Shown here: one piece after another, positions 1 through 8,144 of the stretch
How the letters are laid out: each line of letters begins with the position of its first letter
Numbering within the stretch: position 1 is the stretch's first letter
DNA from: an uncultured Piscirickettsiaceae bacterium
GTDB taxonomy: Bacteria; Pseudomonadota; Gammaproteobacteria; GCF-002020875
DNA length: 64,000 nt
Assembly (NCBI GenBank): GCA_964415865.1
Contig: CAYQBY010000004.1
Span: 4,285 to 68,284, forward strand
Reading direction: 5' to 3'
Notes under the pieces: generated by a model
Told to the model about the DNA's origin: nothing
Database searches by the model: none
Seen by the model: only the letters and a program-made list of their open reading frames with translations
Translations under genes and position numbers: made by a program

Positions 1-362
1 TGGATGGTCTCCAGATTCTCCAACACCTCTGCACGAAACTGAACCCGATCAATTTCTGACTCATCCTTCATCCACCAGCGTCTGATTAGACTCACAAAAA
101 TGGAGATTACACGTTGAATATCTCCCATTGAGTCGAGTATCTGCTTCTTGCGTCCTGCGATGCAGTTCTGATCGACAATCATCTGCGAGAAGACCCTGTC
201 TTCCAGGGTGAAGTGGGCAAACAGCAGAATTGAGAACTCCTCCAGTTGCTGGATGATTTTTACAGGATCAAACCCGTCATCATCATGTAGAGTGACGACA
301 AACTGATCAATCTGCTCATTGATCTGCCGGTGTTGCTGTTCTAGTTCTTCATAGACTCCCAT
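1..362 (-). CDS. Hemerythrin/HHE-like helical protein (partial, runs off window start)
   Basis: Not in ORF track. Manual translation from ATG at 362: MGVYEELEQQHRQINEQIDQF...LLFAHFTLEDRVF..., open to position 1. First-helix His and an HxxxE motif fit hemerythrin-like domains. Confidence 0.6.
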   Translation of the reverse strand, partial: MGVYEELEQQHRQINEQIDQFVVTLHDDDGFDPVKIIQQLEEFSILLFAHFTLEDRVFSQMIVDQNCIAGRKKQILDSMGDIQRVISIFVSLIRRWWMKDESEIDRVQFRAEVLENLETI

Positions 363-375
363 ACTATAGTTATGG

Positions 376-391
376 AGCAAATCTTGTGCCA
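376..391 (-). promoter_or_regulatory. sigma54 (-24/-12) promoter
   Basis: Minus strand reads TGGCAC-AAGAT-TTGCT, exact GG-N10-GC spacing, intergenic and directly upstream of the hemerythrin-like gene. Confidence 0.65.
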
Positions 392-484
392 CTATGAAAA
401 TATTTTATAAAAAACCATATCTATATGTTTTTTAACGGTTTCTTAAATCAGAAACCATCTTGATAACCAACTATAGTTAAATCA

Positions 485-529
485 AAACGTTCAATTATTC
501 GTCTCATATCAAAAAAAGATTGAACGTTT
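485..529 (-). terminator. Hairpin after the amrS operon (possible terminator)
   Basis: 11-bp inverted repeat AAACGTTCAAT (485-495) / ATTGAACGTTT (519-529), 23-nt loop, just past the stop at 533. U-tract is weak. Confidence 0.35.
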
Positions 530-532
530 CGT

Positions 533-1111
533 TCACCTCAGCTCATCTCTAAAACGACCCAGATCAGAACGGTAGGACTCAGCATCCCCAAAATCACTAT
601 AGTTCCAGTAACGTGGATGAGGATGTTGCACTCTTCTGGCATGCTTGATGGGACACCAGTACTGCTCGGTACGACTTGCTACCTCACTTATATATGACGC
701 CAGCCCATTTGCATAACTGCAGTAGAGGCAGTTCAGTTTTTCGATAACATTCAGATAGGCGAGTTGCCCACGATCCATAAGCCAGTAGTCACGACGTCTG
801 ACCCGGCCCATTCCCCAGAGAGTGAAACAGATCCACTGGTAGATGGTCACTGACATGTCGACAACTATCAACGGAAGTGCAAGTCCATAGATCAGAGGAA
901 TTGTCAGCACTGTCTTGAACCTGGCTCTGCGGATAAACTGAAACAACCCAACCTTTAATTGGCGTTGCGACTCCATCATCTCGCGCTCAAAACGGATCCT
1001 TTTCTTGTCGAAACGGTATCTGAATTCTGTCTGCTTCTGTTCCAGCTCTTGCTCCAGCTCTTGCTCCAGATCCACAACCTTGTTCACAAGTTGAATAATC
1101 TTGTCATGCAT
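533..1111 (-). CDS. Conserved hypothetical membrane protein with CxxC and WCPIKH motifs
   Basis: Likely start MHDKII at 1111, overlapping the amrS stop by 8 nt (ATGCATGA). N-terminal coiled coil, hydrophobic segment, then NCLYCSYANG and YWCPIKH. Confidence 0.75.
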   Translation of the reverse strand: MHDKIIQLVNKVVDLEQELEQELEQKQTEFRYRFDKKRIRFEREMMESQRQLKVGLFQFIRRARFKTVLTIPLIYGLALPLIVVDMSVTIYQWICFTLWGMGRVRRRDYWLMDRGQLAYLNVIEKLNCLYCSYANGLASYISEVASRTEQYWCPIKHARRVQHPHPRYWNYSDFGDAESYRSDLGRFRDELR

Positions 1112-2213
1112 CCTCTCTCTCCTTTCTGAAATTGGCCATCTGTACCGGTAGTCGCCTGGACCCCCAGTTGCCAGCTGGTCCATCAAAAACTCCGGCGCAA
1201 CGTGCCCCACACTCCCCACAATAGCCTCTGTCTGTAAGGTTCCACTCTGAAAGCTCATACCAGTCCCGTCCAATCAGGATGTTGCCACATTGGTGGCAGT
1301 ATGTGCTCTCCCCAACCTTGTCGTGCACATTACCGGTATAAGCGTGGTAGATGCCATTTTTTTTAGCAATCTCACGAGCACGGGTCAGGGTGCCCTGCGG
1401 GGTTGGTGGCAGATCAACCATCTTGTAGTCTGGATGAAAAGCGGTAAAGTGAATTGGCACCTCTGGCCCCAGATGGTCAACAACCCATTTGGTCATCGCA
1501 TCAAGCTCCTCATCTGAATCATTCTTTCCCGGAATCAACAGTGTAGTCAGCTCAAACCATACCGATGTCTGCTCTTGCAGATAAATCAGGGTATCCAGTA
1601 CCGGCTGCAAGGAACCACTACAGAGCTGATGATAAAAATCCTCAGAAAACCCCTTGAGATCTATATTGGCCCCATCCATCTCCTGGAAAAAATCCTCACG
1701 AGCCGCTCCATGGATATACCCGGCAGTGACTGCAACTGAACGAACCCCTTTTTTCCTGCAGGCACGAGCCACATCCACTGCATACTCCAAAAATATAACC
1801 GGGTCATTATAGGTATATGCAACACTTCGACACCCAAGCTTACTGGCAGCATCTGCAATCATCTCGGGGGAGGCAAAATCCTGCATTTTGTCCATCTGCC
1901 TCGCCTTGCTCATATCCCAGTTCTGACAGAATTTGCAGGTCAGATTGCATCCGGCTGTGCCAAAAGAGAGTATCGCACTACCAGGCAGAAAGTGGTTGAG
2001 CGGTTTCTTTTCTATCGGGTCTATTACAAAGCCACTGGATCGTCCATAAGTTGTAAGCACCACTGAGCCGCCACTTGCCATCCTCACAAAACAGAGTCCA
2101 CGCTGTCCATTCTTGAGCTTGCACTCTCGTGGACAGAGATCACACTGCACTCTGCCATCGGCCAGCGCATGCCAATATGTTGTTGGATAGCTATCTCTCG
2201 CTACTTCATCCAT
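1104..2213 (-). CDS. amrS: AmmeMemoRadiSam system radical SAM enzyme
   Basis: N-terminal CDLCPREC...GLCFVR, radical SAM motif CNLTCKFC, C-terminal CHQC/CGEC. Adjacent to MEMO and AMMECR1 genes. Confidence 0.92.
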   Translation of the reverse strand: MDEVARDSYPTTYWHALADGRVQCDLCPRECKLKNGQRGLCFVRMASGGSVVLTTYGRSSGFVIDPIEKKPLNHFLPGSAILSFGTAGCNLTCKFCQNWDMSKARQMDKMQDFASPEMIADAASKLGCRSVAYTYNDPVIFLEYAVDVARACRKKGVRSVAVTAGYIHGAAREDFFQEMDGANIDLKGFSEDFYHQLCSGSLQPVLDTLIYLQEQTSVWFELTTLLIPGKNDSDEELDAMTKWVVDHLGPEVPIHFTAFHPDYKMVDLPPTPQGTLTRAREIAKKNGIYHAYTGNVHDKVGESTYCHQCGNILIGRDWYELSEWNLTDRGYCGECGARCAGVFDGPAGNWGSRRLPVQMANFRKEREDA

Positions 2214-2311
2214 CCTCTATGTGCTCGTCTGGTTGCTGTTTTTCTGTTTTCCACTACTATAGTGACTGTCTGCACTACCATGACTATAGATGAGGTGAGG
2301 AATATCTGCCA

Positions 2312-3103
2312 GTGATCAGAGAATCTGCCGTTGCCGGTACCTTCTATCCAGCTAACCCTGTGGAGTTGAGCCATATGGTGCATGAGTTTGTTGCAACTGG
2401 ACAATCCTCATCAGTTACCCCAAAAGCGATAATCGTCCCTCATGCCGGTTATATCTACTCTGGTCCTGTTGCCGGATCAGCATATAGTACCCTGCTCTCA
2501 CTCAAGAATACAGTGCAGAGAGTAATACTGCTTGGCCCCTCTCACCATGTTGCCTTTAATGGCTTGGCCGCATCAAGTGCCGATTTTTTTGCCTCACCAC
2601 TTGGCCTGGTTCCTCTGGACAGTGACGCTTTGCAGCTTATTATCGCTCTACCACAGGTCCACCTTATTGATGAGGCACACCAGCAGGAGCATAGTCTGGA
2701 GGTACAAATACCCTTCTTGCAGGAGGTTCTTGGTGAGTTCTCGCTGCTTCCTCTTGTGGTTGGCAATGCTAGCCCGGAGATGGTTGCCGAGGTACTTGAT
2801 GTTCTCTGGGGCGGACCCGAGACCTTGATTGTAATCAGCTCTGACCTCAGCCACTACCAACCATATGATATTGCTCAGCAACAGGATAGCAAGACCTCAC
2901 ATGCTATCGAAAAACTTGATGAATCCGCAATTCACCATGAGGATGCCTGCGGGCGCATGCCAATTAATGGGCTGCTCCATCTGGCAAAAGAGAGAAATCT
3001 CCATGCCACCACCATTGATTTGAGAAACTCTGGGGACAGTGCTGGCGACAAGAGCCGTGTAGTTGGTTACGGGGCATATCTCTTCTCGGAGGAGCACATG
3101 TGA
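2312..3103 (+). CDS. amrB: AmmeMemoRadiSam system protein B (MEMO1 family)
   Basis: R-x-S-AVAG-x-FYP start, VPHAGYIYSG, GPSHH, EHSLEVQ, SSDLSHY, VVGYGA. GTG start. Confidence 0.93.
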   Translation: MIRESAVAGTFYPANPVELSHMVHEFVATGQSSSVTPKAIIVPHAGYIYSGPVAGSAYSTLLSLKNTVQRVILLGPSHHVAFNGLAASSADFFASPLGLVPLDSDALQLIIALPQVHLIDEAHQQEHSLEVQIPFLQEVLGEFSLLPLVVGNASPEMVAEVLDVLWGGPETLIVISSDLSHYQPYDIAQQQDSKTSHAIEKLDESAIHHEDACGRMPINGLLHLAKERNLHATTIDLRNSGDSAGDKSRVVGYGAYLFSEEHM

Positions 3104-3660
3104 ACAGGACCACACCAGAGAATCAACAACTAATGCTGGAGCTTGTCAGTACATCTATTCAGCATGGGTTGGATCATGGGACAGCAGCAGCTGTGGATCT
3201 GGAACAGCTACCACTACAATTGCAGGAGCCAGGGGCATGCTTTGTAACCCTGGAACTCAATCACCAGCTACGTGGCTGTATTGGATCACTGGAGGCTCAT
3301 CAACCATTAGCTGATGATCTGGTAAAGAATGGTTATGCAGCAGCATTTCAGGATCCACGCTTTCCGCCCCTATTAGCTGAGGAGTTCCTGACAACTGAGA
3401 TAAAGATATCTCTGCTCACCCCTGCAACCCAGATGGAGTTCAACTCTGAAAGAGATCTGATTAGCCAGATAAGGCCTGGGATAGATGGCCTTATCCTCTC
3501 TGATAGAGGTCATCGCGGCACCTTTCTCCCTTCTGTCTGGGAACAGTTGCCGTCACCTGAGCTATTTCTTCAGCATCTAAAACAGAAGGCTGGACTGCCA
3601 GCCCACTATTGGTCTGAGACAGTTGAGGTTGAGCGTTATCAGACTGAATTAATTAGCTAA
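3100..3660 (+). CDS. amrA: AmmeMemoRadiSam system protein A (AMMECR1 family)
   Basis: GACFVTL, LRGCIGSL, AAFQDPRFPPL, GTFLPSVWEQLP. 4-nt overlap with amrB. Confidence 0.93.
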   Translation: MNRTTPENQQLMLELVSTSIQHGLDHGTAAAVDLEQLPLQLQEPGACFVTLELNHQLRGCIGSLEAHQPLADDLVKNGYAAAFQDPRFPPLLAEEFLTTEIKISLLTPATQMEFNSERDLISQIRPGIDGLILSDRGHRGTFLPSVWEQLPSPELFLQHLKQKAGLPAHYWSETVEVERYQTELIS

Positions 3661-3688
3661 AAAAAACCTGATCAGGACAAATAAAAAG

Positions 3689-3717
3689 TTGACGTAACAC
3701 CTCTCCGATTTGATAAT
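3689..3717 (+). promoter_or_regulatory. sigma70-type promoter of the multiheme cytochrome gene
   Basis: TTGACG-17 nt-GATAAT with an A-rich upstream tract; RBS GAGGGGG before the GTG at 3748. Confidence 0.55.
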
Positions 3718-3747
3718 TGGCACCCTAACTATTCCGAGGGGGGGAAT

Positions 3748-5742
3748 GTGTCAAACTTATCAACTCGTATTCAACGAATCTCTCTGGCAATGCTGCTGGG
3801 GCTATTCACTATCACTACCCATGCTGCCGCAATAGATGGCTCATCCGCTCAGCCATCCAATAAGGCAGATAGTCAGAAGATTGCCAAGAAGCTTATTCCC
3901 AACAAGAAGTGCAACAAATGCCACGCTGATGAGGATGAGAAGACCTATATCCTGGGCGAGGATGAGGAGGGGCCAGAGGTATTTATCTATGTTGACCCTG
4001 ATAAATTTGAGGGCAGCGTACATGGAAAGCAGAACTGCGTTGGTTGCCACACCAATATCACCCTGAAAAAAGGTGAGCATGAGGAGGAGCTACCAATTAC
4101 TGTTGGCTGTATACAGTGCCATACAGAGACTATGGAAGAGCAGCAGAATGATGCTGATCCTAAATACAAACGACTCAACGTGGTTATGGAACAGATCGAC
4201 AGCTATATGCACTCTGTTCACGCCCAACCAAACATCAAGGATCAATCCAGAACCAACGCGACCTGCCATGACTGCCATGATGCGCACAATATTGGCACGC
4301 TGGGAAGCGAGGCTCGTGCCGACCATCGACTTAATAACCCAGAGGTCTGTGGCAGATGTCATGAGGATCAAAAAGAGGCCTATATGACCTCTATTCATGG
4401 CCAGGAGATTACCGAGAAACAGAATAGTGATGCAGCGGTCTGCTCCGACTGTCACACCACCCACAATATCGAGTCACCTGAGAAAGACTCCATGAAACTG
4501 GCAATTACCCAGAACTGCGGCAGCTGCCACGAGGAGTCTCTGAAGACCTACGTATCCTCATATCATGGACAGGTAAACCGCCTCGGGTATACCAACACTG
4601 CAAAATGTTATGACTGTCACGGCAGTCATACCCTGAAGGCTGTTGATGACCCAACCTCCATGGTTCATTTGGATAACCGTCTGGAGACCTGTAACAACTG
4701 TCATGAGGACGCCCCTGAGGGCTTCCTTGGTTTCTATGCCCACGGCAATGCCGATGACTATGAGCGTTATCCTGATATCTGGCTTGTTACCAAGTTTATG
4801 AACTGGCTCATTATTGGGGTCTTCCTCTTCTTCTGGACCCATGTCATTCTATGGTTCTACAGAGAGTACAGTGACCGCAGGAAGGGTAAAGGGTACAAAC
4901 CACCACCACAGGCGCTACTGGCTGCCAAGGGGCAGATATACTTCCGCCGCTTTACCCTCTCTTGGCGAATCATCCATCTGTTGTTTGCCCTCAGCACGAT
5001 GACTCTGGTGCTAACCGGGTCCTCCCTGCTGTTCTCACATACAGACTGGGCTCCATTCGTCATCAGCATGCTCGGTGGGCCGCAGGTTGAGGCAATCATC
5101 CATCGCACTGCAGCCGTTACCTGGCTGTCGGTATTTATTGCCCACTTCGCGATTGCCATGTACAACATAATCACCATGCGCAAGTCGTTCCGCTGGTTTG
5201 GGCCGACCTCGATGATTCCAAGCTGGCAGGATCTGCGTGATGTTGTTGCAATGTTCCGCTGGTTCTTCGGCAAAGCCGAGAGACCAAACTTTGATCGCTG
5301 GGCGTACTGGCAGAAGTTTGATTACTGGGCACCATTCTGGGGTGCTGGAGTGATTGGACTGAGCGGCATGATGTTGTTTGCACCTAAGCTGACAGCAATC
5401 ATTTTGCCAGGATATGTGTTCAACATAGCCACTATTGTTCATGCAGAAGAGGCGCTGTTGGCCACCATGTTCCTGTTCACGGTGCACTTCTTCAATGTCC
5501 ATTTCCGTCCGGACAAGTTCCCAATGAGTACGACTATCTTTACTGGACTTGTACCGCTGGATGAGTACAAGCATGAGCACAAACTGGAGTATGAGCGCCT
5601 CAAGGCAAGTGGAGAGCTTGAGAAGCATCTGGTGAAACGTATGCCTAAGGGTATACAGGCCGGATCAAACCTGCTTGCGGCAACCCTGATATTCTTCGGG
5701 TTGACCCTGCTTACTCTGGTGGTTATTGGTTATACCAGCTAA
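3748..5742 (+). CDS. Nonaheme cytochrome c fused to a HydC/FdnI-type cytochrome b domain (CbcL-like quinone oxidoreductase)
   Basis: Signal peptide; 9 CxxCH motifs (CNKCH, CVGCH, CIQCH, CHDCH, CGRCH, CSDCH, CGSCH, CYDCH, CNNCH); about 6 TM helices with His residues (IIHLL, IIHRT, IVHAEE, TVHFFNVH) and QKFDYWA. Confidence 0.85.
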   Translation: MSNLSTRIQRISLAMLLGLFTITTHAAAIDGSSAQPSNKADSQKIAKKLIPNKKCNKCHADEDEKTYILGEDEEGPEVFIYVDPDKFEGSVHGKQNCVGCHTNITLKKGEHEEELPITVGCIQCHTETMEEQQNDADPKYKRLNVVMEQIDSYMHSVHAQPNIKDQSRTNATCHDCHDAHNIGTLGSEARADHRLNNPEVCGRCHEDQKEAYMTSIHGQEITEKQNSDAAVCSDCHTTHNIESPEKDSMKLAITQNCGSCHEESLKTYVSSYHGQVNRLGYTNTAKCYDCHGSHTLKAVDDPTSMVHLDNRLETCNNCHEDAPEGFLGFYAHGNADDYERYPDIWLVTKFMNWLIIGVFLFFWTHVILWFYREYSDRRKGKGYKPPPQALLAAKGQIYFRRFTLSWRIIHLLFALSTMTLVLTGSSLLFSHTDWAPFVISMLGGPQVEAIIHRTAAVTWLSVFIAHFAIAMYNIITMRKSFRWFGPTSMIPSWQDLRDVVAMFRWFFGKAERPNFDRWAYWQKFDYWAPFWGAGVIGLSGMMLFAPKLTAIILPGYVFNIATIVHAEEALLATMFLFTVHFFNVHFRPDKFPMSTTIFTGLVPLDEYKHEHKLEYERLKASGELEKHLVKRMPKGIQAGSNLLAATLIFFGLTLLTLVVIGYTS

Positions 5743-5746
5743 CAAA

Positions 5747-5780
5747 AAACCCTCTCACCCTTAATCAGGTGAGAGGGTTT
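5747..5780. terminator. Bidirectional intrinsic terminator
   Basis: Perfect 13-bp stem AAACCCTCTCACC / GGTGAGAGGGTTT, 8-nt loop, between convergent genes. Confidence 0.85.
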
Positions 5781-5797
5781 CAATTGATGCTCTTGTC

Positions 5798-6229
5798 TTA
5801 CTGAATTCTACAGGTAAGAGCTGAGACAAACATGGAGTCTGGGCGCGAGTATGGATCCATCCAACCATAGGTCTTGCCGTGAGTGGCCAACCCTGTCTGC
5901 ACGTTCATATTGAAAATATGGACCGGATCTTTGCAGGTCAACACCGGACTATTGGCACGGAAGGCACAGGTATACTCCTCCGCAAAGCCAAGTGTTTTCG
6001 GTAACACTAGCTGGTCACCCTTCTGTTCAATAATGTACTGCATCATGAAGAAGCTGGCATCTCGATAGGTCTCTGTATCGCTGTTCCAACGAATCCCGGC
6101 ACTCGCCACATCAACACAGTGCCACTTCTGACTCTGCTCTGCATCCTCTGCCGCATCTGTAGCAACCGCCATTGTTGATAAGACTGCTGCAGCAACTGCC
6201 AATACTTTTGTTATGTATGCTGTTTTCAT
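5798..6229 (-). CDS. Secreted hypothetical protein with 4 Cys
   Basis: Signal peptide MKTAYITKVLAVAAAVLSTMAVA; ATGA overlap with the upstream gene. Confidence 0.7.
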   Translation of the reverse strand: MKTAYITKVLAVAAAVLSTMAVATDAAEDAEQSQKWHCVDVASAGIRWNSDTETYRDASFFMMQYIIEQKGDQLVLPKTLGFAEEYTCAFRANSPVLTCKDPVHIFNMNVQTGLATHGKTYGWMDPYSRPDSMFVSALTCRIQ

Positions 6230-6711
6230 TTATTACTCCCCTGTTCTGGGTTTTCTGCTACTGGTGCAGCAGGTGCGGGGGCTCTCTTTTGTACTGCAGG
6301 GCCTCGGGGCCAACCATACTGTGGCGGCGGCATATAACGGGGCGCATATCCCCTAGGGGCATACTGCTGTGTATATGGGTTGGGATAATCCCAGTATGCT
6401 GGAGGTGGGGCCTTGCGAAAGCCCCAGGATGGACCTGAATTTCGTGATCCACTCCCCCAGGAGAATCCTGAACCTGTACCGGTACTACCGGTATCAAATG
6501 AGTTATCCGGGGTCTCCCAATTCATTTTGGAACCACCCATATCGAGATCACTCCCCTTATCGAAATCCATCCCCTCGTTGAAGCTATCACCGAAATCAAA
6601 TCCAAATGGTGATGCAGTGCCCGAATAGACAAGAATCACCCCAGCTGCCACTGTAGAAAGCGATCTCTTTACTGCTAATTTAGTACGATTATTCATCTCC
6701 TGGAACTCCAT
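6226..6711 (-). CDS. Secreted Gly/Ser- and Pro/Tyr-rich low-complexity protein (sulfur globule protein-like)
   Basis: Signal peptide, then GSGFSWGSGS and YPNPY/YAPRGYAPRY/PPPQYGWP segments. Composition resembles sulfur globule envelope proteins; homology not tested. Confidence 0.5.
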   Translation of the reverse strand: MEFQEMNNRTKLAVKRSLSTVAAGVILVYSGTASPFGFDFGDSFNEGMDFDKGSDLDMGGSKMNWETPDNSFDTGSTGTGSGFSWGSGSRNSGPSWGFRKAPPPAYWDYPNPYTQQYAPRGYAPRYMPPPQYGWPRGPAVQKRAPAPAAPVAENPEQGSNK

Positions 6712-6818
6712 GGTTATCCATAACTTGAATTAGTTACCACTAACTATCCGAAAAAAATCACCCTGAGACAAGTAATTACTTGGATAAATTTGACTACAAC
6801 CAACCTGTCAAACAAATA

Positions 6819-8144
6819 TTACCAATAAAAATAAGATGTTACAGACAACACGACCACCCCCACAAGATTGATCACAAAACCAATTTTTGCCATCTCACGA
6901 ATCCTTATTACCCCGCTCGACATCACAATAGCGTTTGGAGGGGTCGCAATTGGCAACATAAAGGCGTAACTGGCTGCAATCGTCGCTACCATCAGAACGG
7001 TCTGCTCATTGAGACCAGAGTGTTGTGAAAAGGCGTGAAATATGGGCAACATGATTGAGATCAGGGCCGTATTGCTGGTGATCTCTGTAGAGAAACTGAC
7101 AAAAATGGCAACCACAAATATCAACATCCAGAATGGCAGTGTCTCCAACCCCAACAGATAACCTGTAATCTCATTCACAATACCGGAGTGCATAAAAGCG
7201 TTGGCAATGGAGAAACCGGCACCAAAGAGAAAGATGATCTCAAGTGGCACCTTCTTGATATCACTCCATCCAAGAAATCCAATTCCGGGAGCAAACATAA
7301 GCAATCCAAAGCCCAACAACAACATCTTCTCATTCAATCCGAGACCACTATGAAATGGCTCGATCGGTGAGTTGATGATCAACAGAAGAATCAGGGCGTA
7401 AAGAATTGATGCAAGACGTCGTTGGCTTTTGTTGAGTGGAGCCATCCCATCCCCTGTGCGACTCTCCACATGCTCCCCCTCCAACCCGATGGCAAGCAGA
7501 AACGGGACTATCAGCAACATCAGCAATACCACAGGAAATGTATAGGTCATCCACTCCAGAAAGGTTGGGGCCGTCATACCAATATCCTCAAGATAGCCCA
7601 TAAGAATCAGGTTTGGAGGAGTACCAATTGGGGTCAATACACCGCCAATACTTGCGCCGTATGCGGTCGCTATCAGAAATCTGATCTTGAGCCTGATGTT
7701 CTCAGTCAGATAGAGCGCAATTGGCAACAGCATCAGGGTAATAGTTGTATTGGAGAGAAACGAGCTTAGCAGTGCTGCAGTGATTGCCAACGAATAGATC
7801 ATCCCTCGTGCACTATTGGGAAATATTCTCAGTAGGCGGTGAGCAATTATCTTGTGCAGGCCTGTCTCCTTGATTGCAATCGCAACCATGAAACCGCCAA
7901 GAAAGAGAAATATTACTGGTTTCGCATAATTAGCTGTTATCGCCTTAAACTCAAGTATCCCGAACAGCGGAAACAGAATCAGAGGCAGAAGTGAAACCAC
8001 CCCAAGAGGCAATCCCTCATTGGTCCATAAAATAACCAGCAAAGATACCACTCCAATCAACAGGGCATGCTGAGGCAGAAAAAGTGTGGTTGCCCCCCAA
8101 CCAACCAGGAAACTGCCAACCAAAGCGGTAATAATTTTATTCAT
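6819..8144 (-). CDS. SLC13/DASS family Na+-coupled anion (dicarboxylate or sulfate) symporter
   Basis: Motifs FLSNTT, TPIGTPPN, TEITSNTA, LPIATPPNAIV; many TM helices. Confidence 0.9.
   Translation of the reverse strand: MNKIITALVGSFLVGWGATTLFLPQHALLIGVVSLLVILWTNEGLPLGVVSLLPLILFPLFGILEFKAITANYAKPVIFLFLGGFMVAIAIKETGLHKIIAHRLLRIFPNSARGMIYSLAITAALLSSFLSNTTITLMLLPIALYLTENIRLKIRFLIATAYGASIGGVLTPIGTPPNLILMGYLEDIGMTAPTFLEWMTYTFPVVLLMLLIVPFLLAIGLEGEHVESRTGDGMAPLNKSQRRLASILYALILLLIINSPIEPFHSGLGLNEKMLLLGFGLLMFAPGIGFLGWSDIKKVPLEIIFLFGAGFSIANAFMHSGIVNEITGYLLGLETLPFWMLIFVVAIFVSFSTEITSNTALISIMLPIFHAFSQHSGLNEQTVLMVATIAASYAFMLPIATPPNAIVMSSGVIRIREMAKIGFVINLVGVVVLSVTSYFYW

Noticed and set aside
1041-1069. 12-bp tandem repeat encoding LEQE-LEQE-LEQ
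   Set aside because: An in-frame slippage duplication in a coiled coil, not a phase-variable tract.
1112-1273. N-terminal extension of the 533..1273 ORF
   Set aside because: It overlaps amrS coding sequence. The ATG at 1111, coupled to the amrS stop, is the plausible start.
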